The position numbers and the translations under genes are program-made. Shown here in pieces: positions 19,615 through 29,717 of a DNA stretch of 64,000 nt (its first letter is position 1; every line of letters begins with the position of its first letter). Under the pieces are notes generated by a model. The model was given only the letters and a program-made list of their open reading frames with translations. It made no database searches and had not been told where the DNA came from. Location: NCBI GenBank assembly GCA_038144675.1, contig JAYQOF010000006.1, positions 41,622-105,621 of the forward strand, given 5' to 3'. The stretch is from Alphaproteobacteria bacterium (GTDB taxonomy: Bacteria > Pseudomonadota > Alphaproteobacteria > Puniceispirillales > UBA1172).

Positions 19615-20163
19615 ATGATTTTACGACGTTTTCTATGGCTGGGTCTGACCAGTTTTGGTGGGCCAGTGGCACATATTGGATATTTTCGCATTCTTTTTGT
19701 TGAGCAACACAAATGGATATCCCCTGCGGCTTTTCAATCATTATTGGGTCTATGCCAGATGTTGCCGGGGCCCAGTTCTAGTCAGTTAGGTTTTGCGCTG
19801 GGGGTTCGCTGGGGTGGTCTTGCTGGTGGCTGCCTTGCCTTTATCGGTTTCACACTACCATCTGCGATAGTGATGATCGGGTTCGGTTATGGTCTGATGC
19901 ATATTGGGGCTAACCTTGAACAACTGATTAATGCGCTGAAACTGGTGACAGCGGCTGTCGTGCTTCATGCGGTGGTGGGAATGGCGCAAAGTTTTGCTTT
20001 TGGTGCGGTCAAATCGATGCTGGCTCTGGCAATGATGAGCGTGGTGCTGTTTATTGATATGCCATTCCTGCATCCATTATTTATCATGATATTTGGCCTG
20101 ATCGGTATGCTGGTTCTTAGACATGAACATCATGAAGATGATTTGCATAAGGATAAGGGTTGA
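19615..20163 (+). CDS. chromate transporter (CHR) family protein, first half-size member
   Basis: LGLTSFGGPVAHIGYFR...MLPGPSSSQLGF motifs. Confidence 0.75.
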   Translation: MILRRFLWLGLTSFGGPVAHIGYFRILFVEQHKWISPAAFQSLLGLCQMLPGPSSSQLGFALGVRWGGLAGGCLAFIGFTLPSAIVMIGFGYGLMHIGANLEQLINALKLVTAAVVLHAVVGMAQSFAFGAVKSMLALAMMSVVLFIDMPFLHPLFIMIFGLIGMLVLRHEHHEDDLHKDKG

Positions 20164-20194
20164 TCCGGTTGCTGATGCTTATCAAAGCCGGTTG

Positions 20195-20791
20195 ATGCCG
20201 TTGATCTGGTTATGGGGATTTGCGGCGATATTTGCCATGTTGTTATTTCTGGCTCATCTGAAACCGGATAGCATCTGGATTGCCTTGAGCCAGTTTTATA
20301 TCGCTGGTTCACTGGTATTTGGTGGTGGTCATGTTGTCTTACCATTATTGCAAGCATCAGTGGTTGAAACCGAACTGGTCACATTAGCGGACTTTCTTGC
20401 CGGATATGGCATGGCACAAGTCATTCCCGGCCCCTTATTCACCTTTGGCGGGTTTTTAGGTGCTGTCATGGGGGAAGGCATGGCCGCCATCTGGTTTGGG
20501 CTGATCGCTATGCTGATGTTATTTTTGCCATCATTTCTACTGGTGCTGGGGGTGTTGCCATTCTGGGAGATATGGATGCGCTCACGCCTTTTTCAGGCCG
20601 CGCTAGCAGGCATTAATGCCGCCGTGGTTGGTCTGCTTGTGGCCGTGCTGATTGATCCGGTTCTGATAACAGCTATTCATGATTATCATGATTTGGCGAT
20701 TGTCATAGCCGGATTTCTGGTGCTTTTATCCGGACGCATCAATACCGGTTTTGTTGTATTGGCATTAGTTGCCATGGGCTGGTTTATCTAG
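20195..20791 (+). CDS. chromate transporter (CHR) family protein, second half-size member
   Basis: [19 protein letters not shown]...[16 protein letters not shown]. Start taken at ATG 20195. This may instead be the second half of a frameshifted full-length ChrA. Confidence 0.65.
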   Translation: MPLIWLWGFAAIFAMLLFLAHLKPDSIWIALSQFYIAGSLVFGGGHVVLPLLQASVVETELVTLADFLAGYGMAQVIPGPLFTFGGFLGAVMGEGMAAIWFGLIAMLMLFLPSFLLVLGVLPFWEIWMRSRLFQAALAGINAAVVGLLVAVLIDPVLITAIHDYHDLAIVIAGFLVLLSGRINTGFVVLALVAMGWFI

Positions 20792-22491
20792 AGGGGTAAA
20801 TACTAGCGTTGACGGTTTTCCCAATCTGGTGATGATGAGGCGTCAAATTAACCGGCGGCAGAGGCTGGCGGCCAAGGATAAAATCAGATGCTTTTTCGCC
20901 AACCATAATCGAAGGCGCGTTGAGATTACCATTTGTAATACGCGGGAAAATGGAACTATCCGCTACCCGCAGACCATCAACCCCTATGACCCGGCATTCC
21001 GGATCAACAACAGCCATGGGATCACTGGCCTGACCTATGCGCATGGTGCCGCATGGGTGATAGGCACTTTCCGCGTGCTCCCGGATAAAATCATCAATGG
21101 CATCATCGCTGATAACATGATTGCCCGGCTGAATTTCATCGCCGCGGAATTCATCCATAGCAGGCATGGAAAGAATCTCTCTTCCCAGACGGATGCATTG
21201 GCGAAATTCAACCCAGTCATCAGCATGGGACATATAATTGAAACGGATTTCCGGTGCGGTATGGATATCCGCGTTGCGGATATGAACATGCCCGCGGGAT
21301 TTTGATCGCATGGGCCCAATATGCATCTGGAATCCATGCCCGTCCGCGGCAGCTTTACCATCATAACGGACAGCGGCTGGCAGAAAATGAAACTGGATAT
21401 CCGGATAGGAAATGCCTTTATCCGACCTTATAAAGCCCAGAGTTTCAAATTGATTGCTGGCACCTATCCCTGACCGGTTGAGCAACCAGCGAAGCCCGAT
21501 CAATCCCTTGGAAAAGAGATTCATATGCTTATTCAGGGTGATAGGTTTGAGGCAATGAACCTGAAAATAGACTTCCAGATGATCTTGCAGATTTGCCCCC
21601 ACACCAGGCCGGTCGGCAATCACTTCAACACCTGCCTGTTGCAGAATCTGGACCTGGTCCGATGCCTGACCGTTGCATGATCTGTGGGCTATTGATAGCG
21701 CCAGCGGCAAGGATAATTTCCCGTCTGGCGCGCGCTGTGATGGTCTGGCCACCCTGCTGAAATGTAACGCTATCCGCGCGGCCATTGGTGATATCGATTT
21801 TATCCACCAATGCCCCTTTGATCAGCCGTACGCCATGATTTTTAATCGCTGGCTTCAGATAGGCATTAGCCGCTGACCAGCGCTGACCTTTCCATATTGT
21901 CATATCGGCAGGGCCAAAGCCTTCCTGCTGGTAGCCGTTATAATCTGCGGTGGCATCATAGCCGGCTTCTTCGGCCGCCTTGACAAAAGCATGATGCAAC
22001 GGATTCTGTCGACTACCGCGGGTGACATGCAGCGGGCCGTCACTGCCGCGAAAACCGCCATCTTGAAAATCAGGGGTATGGCCGCCTTCGTGCCAGTGTT
22101 CCATGCGCCGAAAATAGGGTAGAACATTGGCATAATTCCATCCTGTTGCACCTTTTTCTTCCCAATGGGCATAATCACCAGCATGGCCACGCACATAAAT
22201 CATGCCATTAATGGATGAAGACCCGCCAATCACTTTGCCGCGTGGACAGACGAGCCGCCGGTTATTTAGGGTCGCCTCCGGTTCAGCCAGATACCCCCAA
22301 TCATAGCGTTTCATATTCATGGGAAAGGACAATGCGGCTGGCATCTGGATAAAGGGCCCTATATCCGTGCCGCCATATTCCAGCACAAGCACAGAATATT
22401 TTTTATCTTCTGATAACCGATACGCCATCGCCGATCCAGCAGAACCTGAACCGATAATGATGAAATCAGCATCTTCTATCTGGGTTACCAT
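20784..22491 (-). pseudogene. betA: choline dehydrogenase (GMC oxidoreductase), frameshifted
   Basis: N-terminus [21 protein letters not shown]...[18 protein letters not shown] (ORF 21625-22491). C-terminus [13 protein letters not shown]...[10 protein letters not shown]...[13 protein letters not shown] (ORF 20784-21785). The break is near 21660. Confidence 0.85.
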
Positions 22492-22501
22492 GGGTCAGGG
22501 C

Positions 22502-23327
22502 TCAATGTCGGTTAGCGTGCCATGTGATATGATCAGCCATGAAACTGGCAACAAAATAATAGGAATGATCATAACCGGGATGTTGCCGGAGCGTGAGGGG
22601 AATGCCGGCCTTTTCGGCGGCCTCTGCCAGCAAATGTGGCTTGAGATGTTCATCAAGAAAAGCATCGGCTAACCCCTGATCAACCAGCATATCGCCCTTC
22701 CAGCCATGGCTGGCCATTAATGCGGTGGCGTCATGTAATTGATGGGCGGCGGCATCATCCCCAGATACACTGGTAGAACATTCTGCCCCCAGCCGCTTGC
22801 CATTGCTGATGATATCGGGGCGAATGCCGATACTGACCGGAACAGATGCGGATGTTTCATGGCTAGGGTCAGGGCACCATGACCGCCCATAGAATGGCCG
22901 GTTATGCCCATGCCTCTGGATGATATATCTCTTCCCAGTGCCGTATTGATCAGATCAGGTAATTCTTCGGTGATATACCGATCCATGGCAAAATGTGGTG
23001 CCCAAGGCGATTGGGTAGCTGTTAGATAAAATCCTGCACCCCTGTCCCAGAAAATAATCATTGCTGTTAGCGACATTTTCCCCGCGCGGTGATGTGTCGG
23101 GGAATACCACAGCCATATTATGCTGGGCGGCGGCGGCTTGGGCGCCCGCCTTGGTGGCGGCATTTTCCCATGTGCAGGTTAACCCCGACAGATAGATGAG
23201 GACACTATCAGGCTTGCCATGTTCAGGGGTGAATAAGGCCCAGTCCATGGAACATTGCGTGGCTGTACTATCATGACGAAAGACACGATGCGTGCCCCCA
23301 TCATGCGGGTCTCGGCTATGGTTTGCA
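22502..23327 (-). pseudogene. fghA: S-formylglutathione hydrolase (esterase D), frameshifted
   Basis: Starts MQTIAETRMMGGTHRVFRHDS. Then YLSGLTCTWENA, GITGHSMGGHGAL and GYDHSYYFVASFMADHITWH, spread over three ORFs in different frames. Confidence 0.85.
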
Positions 23328-23367
23328 TGGGTGTCCTGTCTGTTAAGTTTGTTTTCTTTCCCGCCAG

Positions 23368-24474
23368 TTAAAATTCCACAACTGAGCGGATGCTTTTGCC
23401 TTCATGCATCAGATCAAAAGCGGTATTGATTTCTTCCAGTGGCATCTTATGGGTAATCATCGGATCAATCTGAATTTTTCCATCCATATACCAGTCGACA
23501 ATTTTCGGCACATCGGTACGGCCACGTGCGCCGCCAAAAGCGGTGCCACGCCATGACCGGCCGGTCACCAGCTGGAACGGACGGGTGCTAATTTCCTGAC
23601 CAGCACCGGCCACCCCGATAATGATGGATTCGCCCCATCCCTTATGACAGCATTCCAGCGCGGTGCGCATGACACTGGTGTTACCAATACATTCAAAACT
23701 GTAATCCGCGCCGCCGCCGGTTATTTCCACCAGATGCGCGGCCAGATCGCCTGATACGTCATTGGGGTTAACAAAATGGGTCATGCCAAATTTTCCCCCA
23801 TGCTTTTTGTCGTTGTTCATATCCACCCCGACAATCATATTCGCGCCAATCAGCTTTAGCCCCTGCAGAACATTGAGCCCGATGCCGCCAAGCCCGAACA
23901 CAACCGCATTACATCCCGGTTCGGCTTTGCTGTATTGATCACCGCACCGATGCCTGTCGTCACCCCGCAACCGATATAGCAAACTTTATCAAATGGCGCC
24001 GCCGGATTAATCTTTGGCCAGCGCGATTTCAGGCAAAACCGTATGATTGGCAAAGGTCGAGGTTCCCATATAGTGAAAAATAGGCTTACCATTCATGGAA
24101 AACCGCGACGTGCCATCTGGCATAAGCCCCTGACCTTGAGTGGTACGGATAGCCTGACACAGATTCGTTTTCGGATGCAGGCAATAATCACATTCCCGGC
24201 ATTCCGGTGTATAGAGAGGTATCACATGATCACCGGGCTTGAGCGAGGTAACTCCCGCACCAACTTCAAGCACAACACCGGCGCCCTCATGTCCCAAAAT
24301 GGCAGGAAAGATGCCTTCAGGGTCAGCGCCTGATAAGGTAAACTCATCAGTATGACAGATGCCGGTAGCTTTAATTTCAACCAGTACTTCACCTGCTTTC
24401 GGGCCTTCCAGATCTACTTCCATAATCTCAAGTGGCTTGCCCGCTTCAAGGGCAACAGCAGCACGCGTTTTCAT
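23368..24474 (-). pseudogene. adhC: S-(hydroxymethyl)glutathione dehydrogenase / class III alcohol dehydrogenase, frameshifted
   Basis: [54 protein letters not shown]...GHEGAG (ORF 24007-24486). It continues over two more frames ([14 protein letters not shown]; [11 protein letters not shown]...). Confidence 0.9.
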
Positions 24475-24666
24475 GATTTCCTCCAATATTATCTTTCGAT
24501 TTCACTCAATCCTGCAATAGGATAATATGGTGGTGCGCAATTAAGCAAGCCAGATATCTCTAATGCTTTGATTTTTTGTCTGACTTCATGAAAGTCTGAT
24601 AGCATGATTTAACGGTTTACAAGATGATAGCTTGATGGGCTGATAACGATACCAGAGGCATATCTA

Positions 24667-25335
24667 TGTTACATATAAATGATTGGCTGATTCCTGGCTT
24701 TGACCTGTCTGGCTGGTGCAGCAAGTCCCGGGCCTAGTGTTGTCGTATTGATCCGCAGTGTCACCAGCACAGGTGTGATGGCGGGCGTGATATTCGGCAT
24801 TGTCCCACGGATTGGGGATTCTGATTTATGCCGGGCTGGTTTCACTGGGGTTAGTTTCGCTTCTGCTGTTATCCCCATTTTCTATTTATCCTGATTCAGG
24901 TGGTGGGCATCTGTTTTCTGGTCTGGATTGGCGGGCATATGATCAGGGCCGGCATAAAGGATATTCGGGGTGGTGGCATTAATGATCATGCCCATAAAGC
25001 TGATATAAATCTTTTCTGACACATTAACCCCTTTGCCATATTGGTTCCATGCCCGTGACGGGTTTCTGATCGCTTTCCTGAACCCGAAAGTGGCGGTGTT
25101 CTTCACCGCTGTCTTTAGCCAGTTTCTGACAGTCGGCCAGACGGCCCAGATACGGATACAGATGGCAGCAACGGCATGGATCGTTGATACATTGTGGTAT
25201 ATGTTGCTGGCATCTATATTTGGCTTGCCAATGATTTTACGATGGTTCCGGCGACATGCCAGTCAGATCAATCTGATCATGGGGGGCATATTGATTTTTC
25301 TTTCGGGGGTAATCGCTTTATCGCTCATGACCTGA
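24667..25335 (+). pseudogene. LysE/RhtB-family amino-acid exporter, several frameshifts
   Basis: LAGAASPGPSVVVL motif (ORF 24700-24894) and C-terminal FLNPKVAVFFTAVFSQF (ORF 25033-25335). The ATG at 24667 is in a third frame. Confidence 0.65.
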
Positions 25336-25428
25336 AATGATTATTTGCAATGAAAATTAGATTTATTTCTACAGGACATCAGGCTATGATGCGGCGAAAA
25401 TGACAAATAGGCTAATGGGGATATATCC

Positions 25429-26418
25429 ATGACATTCAGGGCATTATTGCTAACAAGTGAAGATGACGCTAAGCCAGTTGCTCAAGTGACAGAATTAACA
25501 GATGCGGATTTGCCAGATGGTGATGTTGTTGTCGATGTATCTTATTCGGGCCTGAATTTTAAAGATGGCATGTGTCTGACTGGGTTGGGTCGACTGGTGC
25601 GAAGTTATCCCCATATTGGCGGCATTGATATGGCTGGCGTGGTGCATTCATCGAAAGATGAACGGTTCAAAGCCGGTGAAGCCGTTATCCTGACTGGCTG
25701 GCGTGTTGGTGAAGCATGGTGGGGCGGCTATGCGGAAAGGGCATGTGTGAAAGGTGACTGGCTGTTGCCGATGCCGGACGGGTTTACCGCAAAAACGGCA
25801 ATGGGTGTTGGTACGGCTGGATTTTCTGCCATGCTGGCGATTATGGCACTCGAAGATGCTGGCGTTACGCCTGATAAGGGTCCTATTCTGGTGACTGGTG
25901 CAACAGGTGGTGTTGGCTCGATATCCGTGCAATTACTGGCACGGCGTGGCTATGATGTGGCGGCGGTTAGCGGCAAACCAGATGCAGAACAATTCCTGAA
26001 ACCTCTTGGGGCGCAGGAGATTCTTCCGCGTGAAGAGTTTGCGGCATCAAACAGACCATTGGAAAGCGCCCGCTGGGCTGGCGTGATTGATAATGTGGGC
26101 GGTGACATGCTGTCACGCATTCTTAGTCAGGTGAATTACGGCGGTGCTGTTGCCATTGTTGGTAATGCCGGCAGTAATAATATCAACACAACAAATATTC
26201 CGTTTATGTTACGCGGGATAAAAATGCTTGGCATTGATAGTGTCATGCAACCGAATGACCGGCGTAAAGCCGTATGGGCCGAACTGGCCAAGACACTGGA
26301 TGCGGATCAATTTGCTTCGGTTATTCATCCGATTTCACTGGCAGAATTGCCTGAATATGCAGATAAAATTCTCAGCGGCAATATCAGTGGCCGGATAGTT
26401 GTTGATCTCTCTCTATAA
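25429..26418 (+). CDS. acuI: acrylyl-CoA reductase, YhdH/AcuI-type MDR oxidoreductase (329 aa, intact)
   Basis: VVVDVSYSGLNFKDGMCLTG...WGGYAERACVKGDWLLPMP...ILVTGATGGVGS pattern typical of the YhdH/AcuI family. Adjacent to dmdA. Confidence 0.8.
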   Translation: MTFRALLLTSEDDAKPVAQVTELTDADLPDGDVVVDVSYSGLNFKDGMCLTGLGRLVRSYPHIGGIDMAGVVHSSKDERFKAGEAVILTGWRVGEAWWGGYAERACVKGDWLLPMPDGFTAKTAMGVGTAGFSAMLAIMALEDAGVTPDKGPILVTGATGGVGSISVQLLARRGYDVAAVSGKPDAEQFLKPLGAQEILPREEFAASNRPLESARWAGVIDNVGGDMLSRILSQVNYGGAVAIVGNAGSNNINTTNIPFMLRGIKMLGIDSVMQPNDRRKAVWAELAKTLDADQFASVIHPISLAELPEYADKILSGNISGRIVVDLSL

Positions 26419-26459
26419 ATCTGTCCTGCTAAACATGTTTTTATTATGGAAGTTTTAAG

Positions 26460-27604
26460 ATGTCTTTTTCTATTGCAATTGGCCCCAGAATTCGTAAATC
26501 ACCATTTTTCGATAAAACCGTAGAAGCTGGCGTCAGCCATTTTTCCACCTATAATCATATGTATATGCCCGTTTCATATGGTGATCCTCTGGCTGAATAT
26601 GATCGGGTTATCAATCATGTTGATATTCGTGATGTGTCTGTTCAGCGTCAGGTTCGGCTCAAAGGCCCTGATGCGGTGCGACTGGCACAGTTATTGACGC
26701 CGCGTAATCTGGATAATCTGGAAATTGGTAAGGGCCTTTACATGCCTATCTGTAACAGCAAAGGCACATTGGTGAATGATCCGGTGTTGTTGCGCCTTTC
26801 CGAAGACGAATTATGGCTGTCCATTGCTGATAATGATACGCTGATGATGGCCGAAGGGTTCATCTGTGCGCTTGGACTGGATGTTGATGCGTCCGAACCC
26901 GATGTTTCACCCTTGGCAATACAGGGCCTAAATCCCATTATGTTGCCCGTGATTTGCTTGATGATACCCCATTGCGATTAAGTTATTTCGGGTTTTATGA
27001 AACAGAATTACAGGGCATTCCGCTGGTAGTGGCCAGATCAGGGTGGAGCAAACAGGGCGGCTATGAATTCTATTTGCGCGATGGCTCCAAAGGTGGCCAG
27101 CTCTGGGATCTTGTCATGGAAGCAGGAAAGCCATACCAGATAGGGCCAGGGGCGCCGAATTATATTGAACGCGTGGAAAGTGGAATTATTTCCGTTAATG
27201 CGGATACAGATGAACATTCCAATCCTTATGAAATGGGGCTTGGCGTGATTTGTGATCTTGATCAGGATGTTAATTTTATTGGCAAAGCGGCATTGAAAAA
27301 AATCAAAGCCGAAGGGGCAAAGCGGGCATTCTGCGGCATTATCATGGACGGGGCACCATTTTCTGCGACTAATGAAAATCCCTGGCCTATTTCACTAAAT
27401 GGCAGCTTTGTCGGTTATGCCACGGCAGCGGCATATTCGCCGCGTATGGATAAAAATATTGCGGTTTGCCTGATGACTAATGAAGCTATTGCGGCGGCGG
27501 CGGATATGGTTGTTGAAACCAGTTATGGCATTCGCAATGCGACGGTCACCAGCTTGCCATTTATGCCACCATCCACAAAAGTACCAAAAGAGCTATTATC
27601 ATGA
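26460..27604 (+). pseudogene. dmdA: DMSP demethylase-like aminomethyltransferase (GcvT family), single frameshift
   Basis: SIAIGPRIRKSPFFDKTVEAGVSHFSTYNHMYMPVSY...DVSVQRQVRLKGPDA...EPDVSPLAIQG, then PKSHYVARDLLDDTPLRLSYFGFYETELQGIPLVVARSGWSKQGGYEFYL in another frame. The break is at about 26924-26930. The resemblance to characterised DmdA is from memory. Confidence 0.7.
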
Positions 27605-28907
27605 GTAAATCATTTGGCTTTGACACATTAGCATTGCATGCTGGTTATACCCCTGATGACAGACATGGGTCACGCGCTGTTCCTATTCATCAGACAACGT
27701 CATATATGTTTCATGATACCGAACATGCGGCATCACTCTATAATCTTGAGGTGGGGGGCATCTCTATACCCGGATTTCCAATCCAACTATTGCGGCACTG
27801 GAAAACCGCTTGGCTGCCCTTGATGAAGGCGTTGCGGCTGTTGCTGTTGCAACAGGTATGTCTGCGGTTTTTCTGTCAATTATCGCATTAGCATCACAAG
27901 GTGATCATATCGTCGCCTCTTCGCAAATGTATGGCGGTAATATTAATTTGCTTGAACATACGATGTCACGTTTTGGCGTTACCACCAGCTTTGTTGATCC
28001 AACAGACCTTGATGCGATTGCTGCCGCCATCAGACCAAATACCAAGATGGTTTTTGGTGAAGTTATCGGCAATCCGGGACTGGATGTGATGGATGTTGCC
28101 GCCGTCGCTGAGGTTGCTCATGCTGGTGGGGTTCCTCTGGTTATTGATGCGACGTTGAACACACCATATCTGATCAAACCGATAAAACATGGTGCCAATA
28201 TCGTTATCCATTCGCTGACCAAATGGATTGGTGGGCATGGGGTTGCCATGGGAGGAATTATTATTGACGGGGGTAATTTTGACTGGGGACAAAATGATCG
28301 CTTCCCGACATTGACGAAACCACATTTTGCCTTTCAGGAGGTCAATTTATGGGAAGAGTTTGGCCCGGCTGCTTTTTCCATGCGGGTACGAAGTGAAGGC
28401 ATGTATAATATTGGCCCGACATTAAGTCCGACAAATGCGTTTCATATACTGCAAGGACTGGAAACACTGGGTATGCGGATGGAACGGCATATATCTAACA
28501 CGACGGAACTGATTGCATTTCTTCAGAACCATGATGGCGTGGCATGGGTAAATCACCCCAGCCTTGCTGATCACCCGTGCCATGATGTTGCTATGCGGCA
28601 AATGCCAAAAGGGGCCGGATCAATCGTGACCATGGGAATTAAGGGTGGCCGCATGGCAAGTCAGGCCTTTATCGAAAAGGTTGAACTGGCTTCGCATCTG
28701 GCCAATGTTGGTGATGCAAAAACGCTGGTGATTCATCCGGGTAGCACAACCCATTCACATATATCTGCTGATGCCATGAAAGCCGCAGGGTTAACAGATG
28801 ATCTGATCCGGATTTCTGTCGGGTTAGAAGATATAGATGATATCAAGGCAGATTTTGATCGTGCCATCAATTTTGCGGTGAAAAAAACATCATCTAAAGG
28901 TGCTTGA
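27601..28907 (+). pseudogene. metY: O-acetylhomoserine sulfhydrylase (aminocarboxypropyltransferase), single frameshift
   Basis: [14 protein letters not shown]...[12 protein letters not shown]...LYNLEVGG, then [24 protein letters not shown] after the G-run at 27753-27758. SLTKWIGGHG holds the PLP lysine. The start ATG overlaps the dmdA stop (ATGA 27601-27604). Confidence 0.85.
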
Positions 28908-28911
28908 GCTT

Positions 28912-29711
28912 ATGCAGATAATGATAAATGATGCTGATATTTTTGTTTCTACAGGTGGCCGCGAACCAGATAAAGATGCCCCTGTTCTGTTGTTTATTCA
29001 TGGCAGTGGACAGACGCATCTGACCTGGCTTCTGCAAGCGAGTATTTGCAAATCGGGGCTGGTCTGTCATGGCTCCGGATTTGCCGGGGCATGGGCTCAG
29101 CAAAGGTCGCCGCTTACCAGTATCGAAGATCTGGCCGATTGGTGTCATGATCTTATTTGTCAGGCAGGCCATGGAAAGTAACTGTTGTTGGTCATTCCCA
29201 AGGAGGACTGGTAGCATTGGAACTGGCCAGACGATATCCGGATGTTATTGCCGGTATCGGTCTGATTGCACTGGCATTAACAATTCCGGTTAACCCACAA
29301 CTCATTAATATGGCCGAACATAATGAACCTGCTGCCTTTAATGCCATGGTGAGAGAACGGGCCATGGACGTGATGGTGCGTTTCATGATCACACCATGCC
29401 GGGAAATAGCCATATCAATCTGGGCAAACGCATCATGGCTAGTAATGATGAAGGCGTATTGGCCATTGATCTTAAGGCATGTGACGCTTATCAGGGCGGT
29501 GAAACGGCGGCGGCCAGCATCACAGCCTGCTCTTATTATTCTGGCAAAAGAAGACAAGATGACACCAAGCAAGCGAGGATATGAACTGGCTAAGGCTATT
29601 CCGCATGCCGAATTGGTTGTGATAGAAAATGCTGGCCATATGTTGCCGGTTGAACGCAGTGATGATGTTAATAAATCATTACGCCGGTTATTTGAAAAAA
29701 CAGGAGCATAA
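28912..29711 (+). pseudogene. alpha/beta-fold hydrolase, frameshifted
   Basis: VLLFIHGSGQTHLTW, APDLPGHGLSKG, nucleophile elbow VVGHSQGG and ENAGHMLPVE, spread over three frames. Confidence 0.65.
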
Positions 29712-29717
29712 TTTTTC

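Noticed and set aside
19615-20791. ChrA as another frameshifted pseudogene
   Set aside because: The two halves can be read as a natural pair of half-size CHR genes. The first stops at 20163 and an ATG at 20195 starts the second. Adjacent short CHR pairs are known, so I did not count it as disrupted, but it remains ambiguous.
24560-24600. Short inverted repeat gactt-catga-aagtc upstream of adhC as a FrmR-type operator
   Set aside because: The stems are only 5 bp, I recall no known motif match, and such a repeat is easily produced by chance.
26924-26930. Programmed ribosomal frameshifting as an explanation for split genes
   Set aside because: The affected families (dmdA, metY, betA, gabD and others) are not known to use recoding. 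I saw no consistent slippery heptamer or downstream structure. Both +1 and -1 shifts plus nonsense codons occur.
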